Positions 1 to 10,661 of a stretch of DNA of 64,000 bases are shown here, piece after piece; position 1 is the stretch's first letter; the number at the start of each line of letters is the position of its first letter. Where the stretch lies: the NCBI GenBank assembly GCA_963666365.2, contig CAXXNF010000002.1, positions 1,728,001-1,792,000 of the forward strand. The letters are read 5' to 3'. The position numbers and the translations under genes are program-made. This stretch comes from Syntrophales bacterium. Its GTDB lineage: Bacteria > Desulfobacterota > Syntrophia > Syntrophales > UBA2210. Below the pieces are notes generated by a model. It was not told the origin of the DNA. It saw only the letters and a list, made by a program, of their open reading frames with translations, and ran no database searches.

Positions 1-1
1 A

Positions 2-1999
2 GCAACCATACTGGTCGAGGGGAACCCCGCCGGAATCGTATCGGTAACCGATATTACCGAGCGCAGGCAGGCCGAGGAGGAATTGCGTGAAAGCAGGGAA
101 CTTTATGCACGACTGACCGACACCATTCCCGATGTGATTATCCGCACCGACCTCGAAGGGAACATCACCTTCGTTAACGATCACGCCATTGACATAAGCG
201 GCTACAGCCGTGACGAACTGGAAGGCCGGAACGTTCTCAATTTTGTGGTTCACGAAGATCGGGACCGACTGACGCAGAATGAAAAGCGGATGATGAAGAG
301 GAGGCTTGGACCGACACAATACCGGCTCATAATGAAAGACGGAAGAACCGTGCCCTTCGAAGTGAACGGGGACGTGCTGCACGACAAGGAGGGCACGCCC
401 TGCGGCACCGTCCATGTGTTGCGCGATATCACCGCCCGCAAAAAGTCCGAGGAGATGCTGCGTCAATCGGAGGAAAAATTTTCCAAAATCTTCATGCTCT
501 CGCCGGACTGCATCGCCATCACACGGCTTACGGACGGGATGATACTCGATGTAAACCATGGCTTCGAAGAAATTACGGGATGGAAAAGAGAAGCCGTGAT
601 AGGGGAAACCTCCTTTGACATACTATTTTGGATCGGAAGTGCTGACAGAGATTTCATGGTTAATGAACTTACGTCCGGCCGAGAGGTGCTGCACCGAGAA
701 TTTCAGTTTCAGCGAAAGGACGGAGCGTTGCGAAGGGGCACCTATTCCGCCCGATCTATTCACATCGCAGGTGATGCCTGTCTTCTTTTCAGCATGCGCG
801 ATATTACCGAATGGAGACAACTGCAGGAGGATCGTCAGAAACTGGAGCAACAGTTGTCACAGGCCCAGAAGATGGAGGCAATCGGAACACTGGCCGGCGG
901 TATTGCCCACGACTTCAACAACATCCTGAGCGCGATCATGGGGTATGCGGAACTGTGCCTGCACATGGCCGACGACAGGGCGAAAGTCCGCACCTTCATG
1001 GAACAGACGCTCAAGGCCGCCGAACGTGCGAAGGACCTGGTGCAACAGATTCTGACGTTCAGCCGCAAGGTCGAACATGAAAAACGGCCCATCCTTCTTA
1101 CTCCTATCATAAAGGAAATCGTGAAGTTCATGAGGGCCTCCCTGCCAACGACGATCGAAATCAGGCAGACGATCGATGGGGAAGCGGACGCCATTATGGC
1201 CGATCCCATACACATGCATCAGGTATTGATGAACCTCTGCACCAATGCCGGCCATGCCATGAATGAGAGCGGGGGAGTGCTGGAAATAGGGTTGAAAGAA
1301 GTGGCGATGAATGGGAAAAACAGTTTCCTTCATACCCCCCCGAAAGCCGAACGGTATCTTGAATTATCCGTGCGGGACGATGGGCATGGGATCAGTCGGG
1401 AAAATCTCGAACGTATTTTTGATCCCTACTTTACCACCAAGCGGCAGGGAGAAGGAACGGGGCTGGGTCTGGCAGTGGTTCATGGCATTGTGACGGATCA
1501 TGGTGGAGAGATCAAGGTCTACAGCGAGGAGGGCATCGGAACCACTTGCCTGATCTATCTGCCGCTGATTGAAAGGCAGGCGGAACATCAAACGGAAATA
1601 CCCGCAGCCGTCCCCGGGGGAAAGGGCGAAACAGTTTTGCTGATTGACGATGAACAGATGCTTGTCAATATTAACAAGGAACTGCTCGAAGAAATGGGAT
1701 ACCAGGTGGTTGCGGAAACGGACCCCGTTCAGGCGGTTCAGCTCTTCAAGACACAGAGCGATCGCTTCGACATTATAATAACCGACAAAACGATGCCCCG
1801 CATGACGGGCTTCGAGGTAGTGCGGCAGATCAGAGAGACGCACCCCGATATCCCTGTGGTACTCTGCTCCGGATACCAATCCAGGGAGGACATGGATAAC
1901 GTGACACTGCTGAGCATCAGCCAGTTGATTGCAAAGCCGATAAGGATGAACGCGCTGGCTGCAGCCATCCGCGCTGCGCTTGATACCAAAAACACTTGA
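2..1999 (+). CDS. Hybrid PAS sensor histidine kinase/response regulator (5' truncated by window edge)
   Basis: Frame is open from nt 2 (...DITERRQAEEELRES). PAS/PAC repeats, H-box AGGIAHDFNNIL, HATPase G boxes, C-terminal receiver (LIDDE, TDKTMP, KP). Confidence 0.93.
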   Translation, partial: ATILVEGNPAGIVSVTDITERRQAEEELRESRELYARLTDTIPDVIIRTDLEGNITFVNDHAIDISGYSRDELEGRNVLNFVVHEDRDRLTQNEKRMMKRRLGPTQYRLIMKDGRTVPFEVNGDVLHDKEGTPCGTVHVLRDITARKKSEEMLRQSEEKFSKIFMLSPDCIAITRLTDGMILDVNHGFEEITGWKREAVIGETSFDILFWIGSADRDFMVNELTSGREVLHREFQFQRKDGALRRGTYSARSIHIAGDACLLFSMRDITEWRQLQEDRQKLEQQLSQAQKMEAIGTLAGGIAHDFNNILSAIMGYAELCLHMADDRAKVRTFMEQTLKAAERAKDLVQQILTFSRKVEHEKRPILLTPIIKEIVKFMRASLPTTIEIRQTIDGEADAIMADPIHMHQVLMNLCTNAGHAMNESGGVLEIGLKEVAMNGKNSFLHTPPKAERYLELSVRDDGHGISRENLERIFDPYFTTKRQGEGTGLGLAVVHGIVTDHGGEIKVYSEEGIGTTCLIYLPLIERQAEHQTEIPAAVPGGKGETVLLIDDEQMLVNINKELLEEMGYQVVAETDPVQAVQLFKTQSDRFDIIITDKTMPRMTGFEVVRQIRETHPDIPVVLCSGYQSREDMDNVTLLSISQLIAKPIRMNALAAAIRAALDTKNT

Positions 2000-2079
2000 A
2001 GAGCATCTGAGCGTAACAGCACGACCTGCCATTTCAGATTCCCGCATTCTTCATACCGGGCGGTGAAATGCTCCGCCAG

Positions 2080-3213
2080 TCATAAACCGCACCATTGTTT
2101 CGCAATCTCCAAGTATAACTCACAAGCCTCATGAATTTTGGATATATAACAGAACTCGTCGACGGCATGAGCCATAGCCATTTCACCAGGCCCGAGTATC
2201 AGCGAGGGCGGTCCGTTGTACGCCGGTACAAGGATCGATGCATCGGTAAACCCTGAAAGGGCGCGAACCGGAGGACGCATGCCAAGGCATGTCTCTGCAA
2301 GATCAAAGACCTCTTCGACCCATGGATTTTGTGGATCAGTAATAACCCCTTCTATATCGAGAATTGAAGCAAGAATCACCTCCTCACCAAGTTCCATCTG
2401 CAATTTTTCGATAATTTCCCCATTGCTCAAACCAGGAATTGTTCGGATGTCAATGCCCACCACCGCGTTGTCGGGAACGGAATTGAAGTTCTGTCCCCCC
2501 CGTATTGTTCCCACATTGATCGTCACCTTTCCCAGGTATTGGTGCGGGGCAATCTTGAAATCATACTCGCGCAGCTTTGTCACCATGTCTGCTGCCTTAT
2601 ATATGGCGTTGACCCCCCGTTCCGGCGTCGACCCGTGAGCCGTCATTCCCGCAACCATCGCCTCCAGCCACAGTGTCGCCTTGTTACCGATGCGTGGCTC
2701 GTTTGAAGTGGGCTCTCCTATTATCAGTGCCCCCGCGGTACCAAGCACACCTTCAAGAGAGGCAAGGTAATGTGCTCCCTGACAACCGGTCTCCTCGCCG
2801 GCCGTAATCACCAAAGCGATACCGGCATCACCCCTGGGCGCGCGCGCAATGCGGACCGCCGAGGCAATCATTGCGGCGACGCCTCCTTTCATGTCGGAAG
2901 CCCCTCGTCCGTAAAGTCTGTCTCCATCGATCTCTCCACCAAAAGGATTCGTCTTCCAGGGAAGTGATCCGAGAGGTACCGTATCCAAATGGCCGGAAAA
3001 ACAGATCGGCGGAGCGTTCCCTTTCCCCTCCAGATGGGCGACCAAACTGGTTCTCCGCTCATCAAAATCGTAAAGGCCCGTCTTGAATCCATGCTGTTCA
3101 AGCAATTCAGCCAAAAACCGCGCACTATCCCGCTCGAAACCCGGAGGATTGATTGTGTTGAATGACACAAGTTTTTTCGTCAATTCGATGGGATCTACGT
3201 CCTGTTGTCTCAT
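2080..3213 (-). CDS. M20 family metallo-amidohydrolase (ArgE/DapE-like)
   Basis: Motifs GHLDTVP, GRGASDMKGG, GEETG, GEPT, AHAVDE. Confidence 0.9.
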   Translation of the reverse strand: MRQQDVDPIELTKKLVSFNTINPPGFERDSARFLAELLEQHGFKTGLYDFDERRTSLVAHLEGKGNAPPICFSGHLDTVPLGSLPWKTNPFGGEIDGDRLYGRGASDMKGGVAAMIASAVRIARAPRGDAGIALVITAGEETGCQGAHYLASLEGVLGTAGALIIGEPTSNEPRIGNKATLWLEAMVAGMTAHGSTPERGVNAIYKAADMVTKLREYDFKIAPHQYLGKVTINVGTIRGGQNFNSVPDNAVVGIDIRTIPGLSNGEIIEKLQMELGEEVILASILDIEGVITDPQNPWVEEVFDLAETCLGMRPPVRALSGFTDASILVPAYNGPPSLILGPGEMAMAHAVDEFCYISKIHEACELYLEIAKQWCGL

Positions 3214-3391
3214 GTCCGTTATATTCCTTTCCTTTGAATTTGTGTATGGGAAACTCTTTTTTCAATAGACTCAATCGGAGCATAAAATATGCCGCCTTAC
3301 GTTACATTAAAAAAATATGTACTTCCCAATTGTTTAAATTGAGGGGTTTCGTAAGGCTATCCGGCCGAACAGTCCGTTTCTAGAGCGGCGA

Positions 3392-3409
3392 CTGTGCCAT
3401 TATGAAACA
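3392..3409 (+). promoter_or_regulatory. Putative upstream activator sequence of the sigma54 activator
   Basis: CTGTGCCATTATGAAACA is identical to 8243-8260 and ends ~75 bp upstream of a -24/-12 promoter. Confidence 0.6.
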
Positions 3410-3483
3410 ACATATCCACCAACCAAGCAAAGGACGATCCAAATTATTTATAAAAATAGCAAATTATTACATGATTCTTGTTG

Positions 3484-3499
3484 TGGCACAATTGATGCA
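3484..3499 (+). promoter_or_regulatory. Sigma54 -24/-12 promoter
   Basis: TGGCACAATTGATGCA (GG-N10-GC) upstream of the CoA-transferase. Confidence 0.75.
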
Positions 3500-3628
3500 A
3501 AAATCAGCAACAACCCGTTCAGGAGGCATTGCATCCCTTTTAGTGCAGACCATACAGCAAAGGAGCGATGCCATAGCCGGACAGGAAGGGGGCGTAACTA
3601 TAACCTGTTTTATTCAAGGAGGGATACG

Positions 3629-4963
3629 ATGATTGAAACAAAACCGGGACCATTAAAAAATGTTACGGTATTAGATTTCACATGGGTATTGGCGGGACCG
3701 CATGCGGCAAAGGCACTGACGGATTTAGGCGCCAATGTCATAAAGGTTGAGATGTACAAAAACGGCGCCGCTGAAAGATCCTTTCCCTATAGGGTCACCA
3801 AAAATGAAGTCATGCAAAGTTCATACAGCATAAATAACAACAGAGGGAAAAAAAGTGTGTGCATTAATATTAAAACACCCAGAGGACAGAAAGTTATTCA
3901 CGATCTTATACGCAAGAGTGATGTGCTGCTCGAAAATTTTGCCCCGGGTGTTATGGAGCGGCTTAAGCTGGACTATGAATCCGTAAGAAAAGTAAAGGAA
4001 GATATAGTCTATTGTTCGATCTCATGCTTCGGTCATTGGGGTCCATACAGCCATAAGCCGGGATATGATATAATTGCGCAAGCCGCGAGCGGCTGGATAG
4101 ATCAGATGGACCCCTCTTCTCAGGCGCCGGTTTCAATCGGTGACATGAACGCCTCAATGCACGCAACTACCGCTATTTTAGCCGCACTTATTCACCATAA
4201 AGAAACGGGTGAAGGCCAAAATATAGATATTTCAATGATGGATTGTTTGTTTTGCCTCCATGAGAACACACTTCCCTGGTATCTTATTTCAAGTGCCGTC
4301 AATGAACCGATACAACCGCCCAGGGTAGGCAAGCATCATCCCGGCTATGCTCCCTACGGAGTATACAAAGGAAAAAACGGAAATATCGCCATCGCATTAC
4401 TCACCGATCTTCGCTGGCAGGCCCTTCTTAATGTTCTGGGCAGTTATGGGACACACCTGAGAACAGATCCCAGAGTGGCAACCGTCAGCATCCGCTGCAC
4501 CACGGAAAATTGTCATATCGTACATGATGCACTGGAAAAATGGGTCATGGCACAGGACTCTGTTGAGAAGGCCGAAAGCCTTCTCGAAGAAGCAGGCATC
4601 CCCTGCCTGCGCGTAAGAGGAATCGTGGAACTCGCCGATGAAGATCCTCAGGTAAAAGCCAGGGGAATGATGCTGACAGTCCCTCAACCCTTTATCGGTC
4701 CCATGAAGATGTACGGAAGTCCGATGAAATTATCGCACACACCCTCCGGCATCAGAGGGTATGCACCTTTCCTGGGCGAACACAATTATTCAGTATTACA
4801 GGATCTTCTGGAATACTCTCCCGAAGAAATCAACAAACTTTACCAGGAAGACATCTTGCATCACGAACGTGCGGTGGAACAGCTTGAGGAGAAATCGGCA
4901 CATAAACCCCACACTGCGCAAACTGCCTCCTCTCAAGCAACTGTTGAGAAAGCATCATTATAA
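3629..4963 (+). CDS. CoA-transferase family III (CaiB/BaiF)
   Basis: VLDFTWVLAGP, NRGKKS, ENFAPG, GYDIIAQA, catalytic Asp in IGDMNAS; RBS AGGAGG. Confidence 0.93.
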   Translation: MIETKPGPLKNVTVLDFTWVLAGPHAAKALTDLGANVIKVEMYKNGAAERSFPYRVTKNEVMQSSYSINNNRGKKSVCINIKTPRGQKVIHDLIRKSDVLLENFAPGVMERLKLDYESVRKVKEDIVYCSISCFGHWGPYSHKPGYDIIAQAASGWIDQMDPSSQAPVSIGDMNASMHATTAILAALIHHKETGEGQNIDISMMDCLFCLHENTLPWYLISSAVNEPIQPPRVGKHHPGYAPYGVYKGKNGNIAIALLTDLRWQALLNVLGSYGTHLRTDPRVATVSIRCTTENCHIVHDALEKWVMAQDSVEKAESLLEEAGIPCLRVRGIVELADEDPQVKARGMMLTVPQPFIGPMKMYGSPMKLSHTPSGIRGYAPFLGEHNYSVLQDLLEYSPEEINKLYQEDILHHERAVEQLEEKSAHKPHTAQTASSQATVEKASL

Positions 4964-5016
4964 GGGCTTTTCAACAAAGTGGTGTTTCATCTCAGATAGG
5001 GGGTAAAAATAAAAGG

Positions 5017-6990
5017 TCATTGAATTCCATATTTGCGAAGTTTGCGGTAGAGGGTGCTTCTCCCGATATGGAGTTTCGTGGCAACGGCCTCTTTGGACAG
5101 CTTTGATTTCATCATGTTGAGGATTATACGCCGTTCCATCTCATCCAGGGACATGTCCTCTTTGCCATAATGCCACTTATCCGGATCAGGATTCCGCATT
5201 TCCGCAGGAACATGATCGATTGTCAGTGTATCTGTTTCAGCCATATTAATCATACGTTCAATGATATTCTGCAATTCTCGCACATTTCCCGGCCAGGAAT
5301 GATGCATAAATGCCTCAAGCACCCTGTCTTCCACTTGCTGTATTTCCTTGTGCATGATGTTTCCTATTTTTCTAATGAAATGATTTACCAGATGAGGGAT
5401 ATCGTCGATTCTCTCACGGAGGGGAATTAGTTCAATGGAAAGAACATTGAGACGGTAATAGAGGTCTTCGCGAAAATTCTTTTTTTCAACCTCCTCTTTG
5501 AGGTTTTTGTTCGTTGCGGCGATAATTCTAACGTCGATGGGCCTCAGCTCTTTACTCCCAATCCGGGTTATTGCCTTTTCTTCTATGACACGCAGGAGAA
5601 TCGCCTGCAACTCCAGTGGAATCTCACCTATTTCATCAAGAAATATCGTGCCTCCGTGAGACAGTTCAAATTTACCGGCATTCCCGCCTCTCTTTGATCC
5701 TGTAAATGCCCCGTCGCCGTAACCTATTAATTCGCTCACCAAAAGTTCCCTGGGTATGGCTGCACAGTTTATGGCAATAAAGGGTCCGTGTTCCCTCATA
5801 CTTTCGTTATGGATTGCCTGTGCGAGTATGTCTTTTCCCGTGCCGCTTTCTCCGAGCAGCAGAACGTTCGAGATACTTCGCGCCGCATGTCGTGCCATAG
5901 TAATTGATTCGCACACACGAGCATTGCAGGTAATAATATCATTAAACCTGAATTTCGCACGGGCGCCCGTCATTGATGCTACAAGTTTTCGCGCCCTGTT
6001 AATTTCATTGAGAGTGACTATCTTACCCAAAACTTCCCTCGATGCGGAAAGAATGGGATTGGCGGATACAGTAAAACTTAACGATTTGTCTTCCACAAAG
6101 ATTTTTAACTCCGCATCTGAAATCATTTCATTGTGCACCAGAACGTGAAGGAAGTTTCCGTTGGCGCCGCCGAATATATCGTTTGCATGCTTTCCTACGA
6201 TATCGGGCCACAGGTGCAACATTCTCTTTGCCTTATCATTAATCAGCTCTACTCGATTCTCCTTATTAAAAGCTATCAGTGCCTCCGGCACCGATTCAAT
6301 CACCGTTTTCTGAAAGTAATAAGAAACCTGGCTAAGCGATAACGCCCTTTCGGCCACGAGTGCATTTTCGATTGCATGAGCCGTCGCAGCGACCATTCCC
6401 AAGGTATGAGGATTGGTTTTGTTATAGGGCCCCGTCATATCGACCACCCCGATCATTACTCCGTCGGGATCGCGGATTGGAGCGCCCGAGCAGGTCCAAT
6501 GATGAGACACAAGACTGTAATGCTCAGATGCAAAAACCTGGATTGGTTTTTTTATTTCAAGCACTGTTCCCACGCCATTCGTGCCCGATACGTCTTCGTG
6601 CCAGCAGGCGCCGGGAATAAAATTTCCTTTTCTTATGCGATCAGTCACATCGGAATCTCCTATTATTTTGAGGAGATATCCCTCATGATCGCATAATGCC
6701 ACCACAAATCCCGATCCCCTGACAAGGGAGTAGAGTTTATTTATGTAGGGGATGCTTATATTTATCCACTCTTCGTTTCTGCACAATCGCCACTGCAGTT
6801 GACCCTCGGTGAGAACCACGGGAATTTTTTTCAGATAGGGATTGACTTTTTTCTGTTTCGACCGTACCCACGAACTCAAAATATCATCTGGAATTATATC
6901 GGGATTGTCGATAATGTCGTCATTAATGAACTTTCTCCATTGGTGCTGTATATCACTGTAACGCTGTTCATTTGTGATCATGGTGCACAC
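5017..6990 (-). CDS. Sigma54-dependent activator, GAF-PAS-AAA+-HTH (AcoR-like)
   Basis: N-terminal SWVRS/GTNGVGT/WTCSGAPI GAF region, GESGTGKD, GAFTGS, FLDEIGE, WPGNVRELQN, Fis-type HTH. Confidence 0.93.
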   Translation of the reverse strand: MCTMITNEQRYSDIQHQWRKFINDDIIDNPDIIPDDILSSWVRSKQKKVNPYLKKIPVVLTEGQLQWRLCRNEEWINISIPYINKLYSLVRGSGFVVALCDHEGYLLKIIGDSDVTDRIRKGNFIPGACWHEDVSGTNGVGTVLEIKKPIQVFASEHYSLVSHHWTCSGAPIRDPDGVMIGVVDMTGPYNKTNPHTLGMVAATAHAIENALVAERALSLSQVSYYFQKTVIESVPEALIAFNKENRVELINDKAKRMLHLWPDIVGKHANDIFGGANGNFLHVLVHNEMISDAELKIFVEDKSLSFTVSANPILSASREVLGKIVTLNEINRARKLVASMTGARAKFRFNDIITCNARVCESITMARHAARSISNVLLLGESGTGKDILAQAIHNESMREHGPFIAINCAAIPRELLVSELIGYGDGAFTGSKRGGNAGKFELSHGGTIFLDEIGEIPLELQAILLRVIEEKAITRIGSKELRPIDVRIIAATNKNLKEEVEKKNFREDLYYRLNVLSIELIPLRERIDDIPHLVNHFIRKIGNIMHKEIQQVEDRVLEAFMHHSWPGNVRELQNIIERMINMAETDTLTIDHVPAEMRNPDPDKWHYGKEDMSLDEMERRIILNMMKSKLSKEAVATKLHIGRSTLYRKLRKYGIQ

Positions 6991-7215
6991 TCATTTGCTT
7001 GGCAAATCCGTAAACTTTATTCAGAATTACACCGAAACAGACTTGTTGTTACCTGCACCAAAGAACATGGAAAGGGAATGATATCCAGCGTTCACGACAA
7101 GAAAAGGCGCATTCCGTAACCCGGCACATACAGACCTCACTGTAGGAAAGGTCACTCTCTAATGGCGAAACCTCCTACTGTAACACCTCACATTTTAGAC
7201 ACATAAACATTAGGC

Positions 7216-7233
7216 TGTCATACATCTATGACA
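7216..7233. promoter_or_regulatory. Palindromic operator-like site
   Basis: TGTCATA-N4-TATGACA in the divergent intergenic region. Confidence 0.4.
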
Positions 7234-7479
7234 CTAAGACACGAACGGCCGGCGCACATGGAAGGGCACACAGCTAGCCAAAAGGATAGAAACACCCGCC
7301 CGCTGAAAGACATTTTCGACTGAGAATTATTCGTTACCCCCCCTGATTGGTAGAGCGATTATCACACAAGCAGCAATTATGCAATCATAATTATTTAACA
7401 GCTGTGAGCAAAGCTGATTGAGATACATGTGCCTCGTTACACGGCTCATTTCATATGTCTATTAAGTGGAAATCTCCTA

Positions 7480-7495
7480 TGGCACAATAGTTGCT
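7480..7495 (+). promoter_or_regulatory. Sigma54 -24/-12 promoter
   Basis: TGGCACAATAGTTGCT, near consensus. Confidence 0.85.
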
Positions 7496-7563
7496 ATTTA
7501 TATGGCAATAGTGACTTTTTCCGTATGAATGGTTGTTGAAATCTTCTATTGAGGAATGGCGAT

Positions 7564-8079
7564 ATGATCAAAAATAATGGCACTGCAAATCCGTTTGACA
7601 GAGGATTCTTCTACGAAAAAACATATCACGGCTGCGCACAGTGCGTCATTGGAGCCCTTTATGAAATATTTCCCGACTTGAAAAATGAAGATATATTCCG
7701 TTCGGCAAGCGGTCTTGCGGCAGGTACGGGATTGAGCACCAGGGGACAATGTGGTGGGCTGACAGGCGCCGTAATGGTACTCAGTCAGATATGGGGACGG
7801 GAGCTTGCAGAAATTGAGGATCCCGAGGGCAAACGCTTTGTCGCCTACCGGATTGCCGAGAAGATGGTTGAATATTTTATGAATGAATTTGGAACAACTA
7901 TTTGTGGTGAAATCCAAAAAAAGCTCATGGGAAGAACGTTTTATCTTATGGAACCGGAGCAGTTTCAGGCCTTTGAAGCTGCCGGAGGACACGACACAAT
8001 CTGCCCTTCCGTGGTGGGAAAAGCAACGGCCTGGGCAGCGGATCTCATTGCAAAGGATCGAAATACCTCCCGCGAATAA
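7564..8079 (+). CDS. C-GCAxxG-C-C family putative redox/Fe-S protein
   Basis: HGCAQC, GQCGGLTG, FGTTIC, C-terminal ICPSVV; ATG at 7564 after GAGG. Confidence 0.85.
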   Translation: MIKNNGTANPFDRGFFYEKTYHGCAQCVIGALYEIFPDLKNEDIFRSASGLAAGTGLSTRGQCGGLTGAVMVLSQIWGRELAEIEDPEGKRFVAYRIAEKMVEYFMNEFGTTICGEIQKKLMGRTFYLMEPEQFQAFEAAGGHDTICPSVVGKATAWAADLIAKDRNTSRE

Positions 8080-8226
8080 TTGCGTTTACTACGCACACGT
8101 AACTCCTAGACCGCATCACGAATGTTTTATCCGGGAGAACTATCCCGACATCGGCATGCATATCATCCCTTTTCAGAAATTTCGTTTTTCAATGATCTCA
8201 GGAAACGATCAGGTCCGTCAAATATC

Positions 8227-8256
8227 TCATAATGGCACAGGCCTGTGCCATTATGA
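8227..8256. repeat. Perfect 30-bp palindrome made of two inverted UAS copies
   Basis: TCATAATGGCACAGG|CCTGTGCCATTATGA. Confidence 0.9.
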
Positions 8257-8495
8257 AACAGACAACCATCACGTTCTTTCGCAGGAATAATGTCCAAGAG
8301 GTCCGTGGCGCTATCCCGGATGGATGTTTAAAAGACCCTGATTTGATGTATCGGCTAGCCTTTTTTCCCCGCCATCACTGCTTCATATCATTGCTCGTCG
8401 TTATTCCCACAGCCTGCCCGGCCGGACGCCCAACCGACTTCCTGACATCTGTTACGCACCATCGTCTTCGCAGATAACAACCCTCGATAAAACAC

Positions 8496-8511
8496 TGGTA
8501 CGCTATTTGCC
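8496..8511 (+). promoter_or_regulatory. Sigma54 -24/-12 promoter of the TRAP operon
   Basis: TGGTACGCTATTTGCC (GG-N10-GC). Confidence 0.75.
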
Positions 8512-8634
8512 TGTCTTCACACTGGGAACCGAACGCTGTTCATAAACAGCGTCAATTCGAGCGACACATTTTCTTGCGTTACCCATGCCCGCATGGTGGT
8601 CATTTGATGCCGCTGGAAAGGGAGAGGTAATACC

Positions 8635-9138
8635 ATGGCAATGATTTTCAAGTCTATCGAGAATCTCAGCGAATGGTCGGGAAGGATCTGTTCCTGGCTT
8701 GTCTACATCGGGATATTCATGCTCTCATTTGAAGTTGTATCCCGGTATGTCTTCAACGCCCCCACCGTATGGGCCCACGGATACACACAACGCTTTTTCG
8801 GCAGCTATTACGTCCTTGTCGGCGCCTACGCCTTTATCCATGATGGGCATGTGCGGATCGATGTACTGTACAGCCGCTTTTCGGAAAAGGCTCGGGCGGC
8901 GCTGGATTGCATCAATTGCCTCTTCCTTATAGTTTGGGGGGTTCTGGTCATGAAGGCGGGATGGACGTTTTTCATGCGTTCTTTCAATATCAGAGAGGTT
9001 GATGAGATGGTGCTGTCACATCCGATATATCCCGTCAAATTTCTCCTTGTCGTCGGTATGGGTCTCATTGTGCTCCAGGGCATAAGCACTCTCATTTTAA
9101 AAATACACTTTCTTATAAACGGAAAGGAACCAATATGA
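8635..9138 (+). CDS. dctQ: TRAP transporter small permease (DctQ)
   Basis: EVVSRYVFNAPTVW, HVRIDVLY, four hydrophobic segments. Confidence 0.9.
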   Translation: MAMIFKSIENLSEWSGRICSWLVYIGIFMLSFEVVSRYVFNAPTVWAHGYTQRFFGSYYVLVGAYAFIHDGHVRIDVLYSRFSEKARAALDCINCLFLIVWGVLVMKAGWTFFMRSFNIREVDEMVLSHPIYPVKFLLVVGMGLIVLQGISTLILKIHFLINGKEPI

Positions 9139-10442
9139 GTTCAGAGCTGCTCCTTACCCTCGGAATGTTTATACCGCTCATCATTGCCATTATGTTTGGC
9201 GTGTCCTTAGGCTTCGCCCTGGGAGGCGTCGGTATCGTAGCCGCAATAATCATGTGGGGCCCGGCCGGTCTCTTCCCGATCGTGACCGGTGTTTTCAAAT
9301 ACATGTGGATGGTAGTGCTTGCAGCGGTTCCCCTCTTCGTCTTCATGGGTGTGGCGCTTTCAAAGTGCGGTATTGCAACGGACATGTACAACGCCTTCTA
9401 TATATGGTCGGGCAAAGTAAGGGGGGGGCTGGCTGTTGGTTCCTGCGGTTTTGCAGCGGCTCTCTCGGCGATGACCGGCAACTGCTCGGCTGCAACCGTT
9501 ACTGCCGGCCTCGTGGGCATACCGCCCATGAAGGAACGAAAATACAAAGAATCGCTTATTTTCGGCACAATCTGTTCTGCAGGCACTCTAGGCATTCTCA
9601 TTCCCCCGAGCATAACGCTTATTATCATAGGCATGATGACGGGGGAATCTATCGGAAAACTCTTTGCCGGCGGTTTGACCTCGGGCTTGTTCATATGCAC
9701 GACCTTTATCATCTATATCCTGATCAGGGCCTGGCTTCAGCCGGACATAGCCCCGGCACGGCCGGAATCTGCATCCCTAAAAGAGAAACTTGAAGCGACA
9801 AAGTCGGTCATCCTTCCCATATTCGTAGTACTTTCCGTACTGGGCTCCATATTTTTCGGCATCGCCACCCCCACGGAGGCGGCGGCCATAGGTTGTGTTG
9901 CCGTCCTCATCTGTGTGGCCATTCGCCGCGAACTGAGCTGGAGCTTTATAAAAGAGGTCATTTACAGCACCTCCACAGTAACGGGCATGATCTTTTGGAT
10001 TCTTTTCGGCGCGGCGGGATTCATCTCTGTTTATGCCGGTGGCGGTGGGTCCCAGTTTGTTCAAAACCTCCTTTTAAGCCTTGAAATGGGCCGCTGGGGG
10101 GTCTTTGTGATTACGATGGTCATTGTTTTTATAATGGGCATGTTCCTTGACCCTGTCGGCATTATTCTTCTCTGTCTGCCCATTTTTGCACCAGTTATGA
10201 AAAGCTACGGCTTCGATCCCATTTGGTACGGCGTCATTTTTCAGATAAATCTTTGCATTGGTTACATTACGCCCCCTTTTGGATACAATATTTTTTACAT
10301 CAAGACCCTGAGCCCGCAAACTCCTATTTTAAATATTTATAAAAGCGTCGGCCCCTTTGTCGTGCTGATGATGATATGCGGCGCCATTATGACATTTTTC
10401 CCTGCGATTATTACATGGCTCCCGAATGTTATGATTAAGTAG
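9135..10442 (+). CDS. dctM: TRAP transporter large permease (DctM)
   Basis: AVPLFVFMG, GTLGILIPPS, ATPTEAAAIG, ITPPFG. Confidence 0.93.
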   Translation: MSSELLLTLGMFIPLIIAIMFGVSLGFALGGVGIVAAIIMWGPAGLFPIVTGVFKYMWMVVLAAVPLFVFMGVALSKCGIATDMYNAFYIWSGKVRGGLAVGSCGFAAALSAMTGNCSAATVTAGLVGIPPMKERKYKESLIFGTICSAGTLGILIPPSITLIIIGMMTGESIGKLFAGGLTSGLFICTTFIIYILIRAWLQPDIAPARPESASLKEKLEATKSVILPIFVVLSVLGSIFFGIATPTEAAAIGCVAVLICVAIRRELSWSFIKEVIYSTSTVTGMIFWILFGAAGFISVYAGGGGSQFVQNLLLSLEMGRWGVFVITMVIVFIMGMFLDPVGIILLCLPIFAPVMKSYGFDPIWYGVIFQINLCIGYITPPFGYNIFYIKTLSPQTPILNIYKSVGPFVVLMMICGAIMTFFPAIITWLPNVMIK

Positions 10443-10661
10443 GGCGTTCACCTATCGTCCAGAACCTGCTCATGATGTTTTTGATCTAATATACCATCCG
10501 GGCCATGATTGATGAAACCCGGCATGAGGGCACATGGAATCCCGTTCGCCATTCTTCTCGCAACATCACCGGAAGAATCGAGAGGAACTGGAAGGCTAAA
10601 GTGAACAGGAGTCAATTGACGGAAAGGACAAAGCGTAATCAAAAAAGGAGGAATAGAACAG

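Noticed and set aside
10535..10550. GG-N10-GC (TGGAATCCCGTTCGCC) upstream of dctP as an internal sigma54 promoter
   Set aside because: Poor match outside the GG/GC dinucleotides and no UAS nearby.
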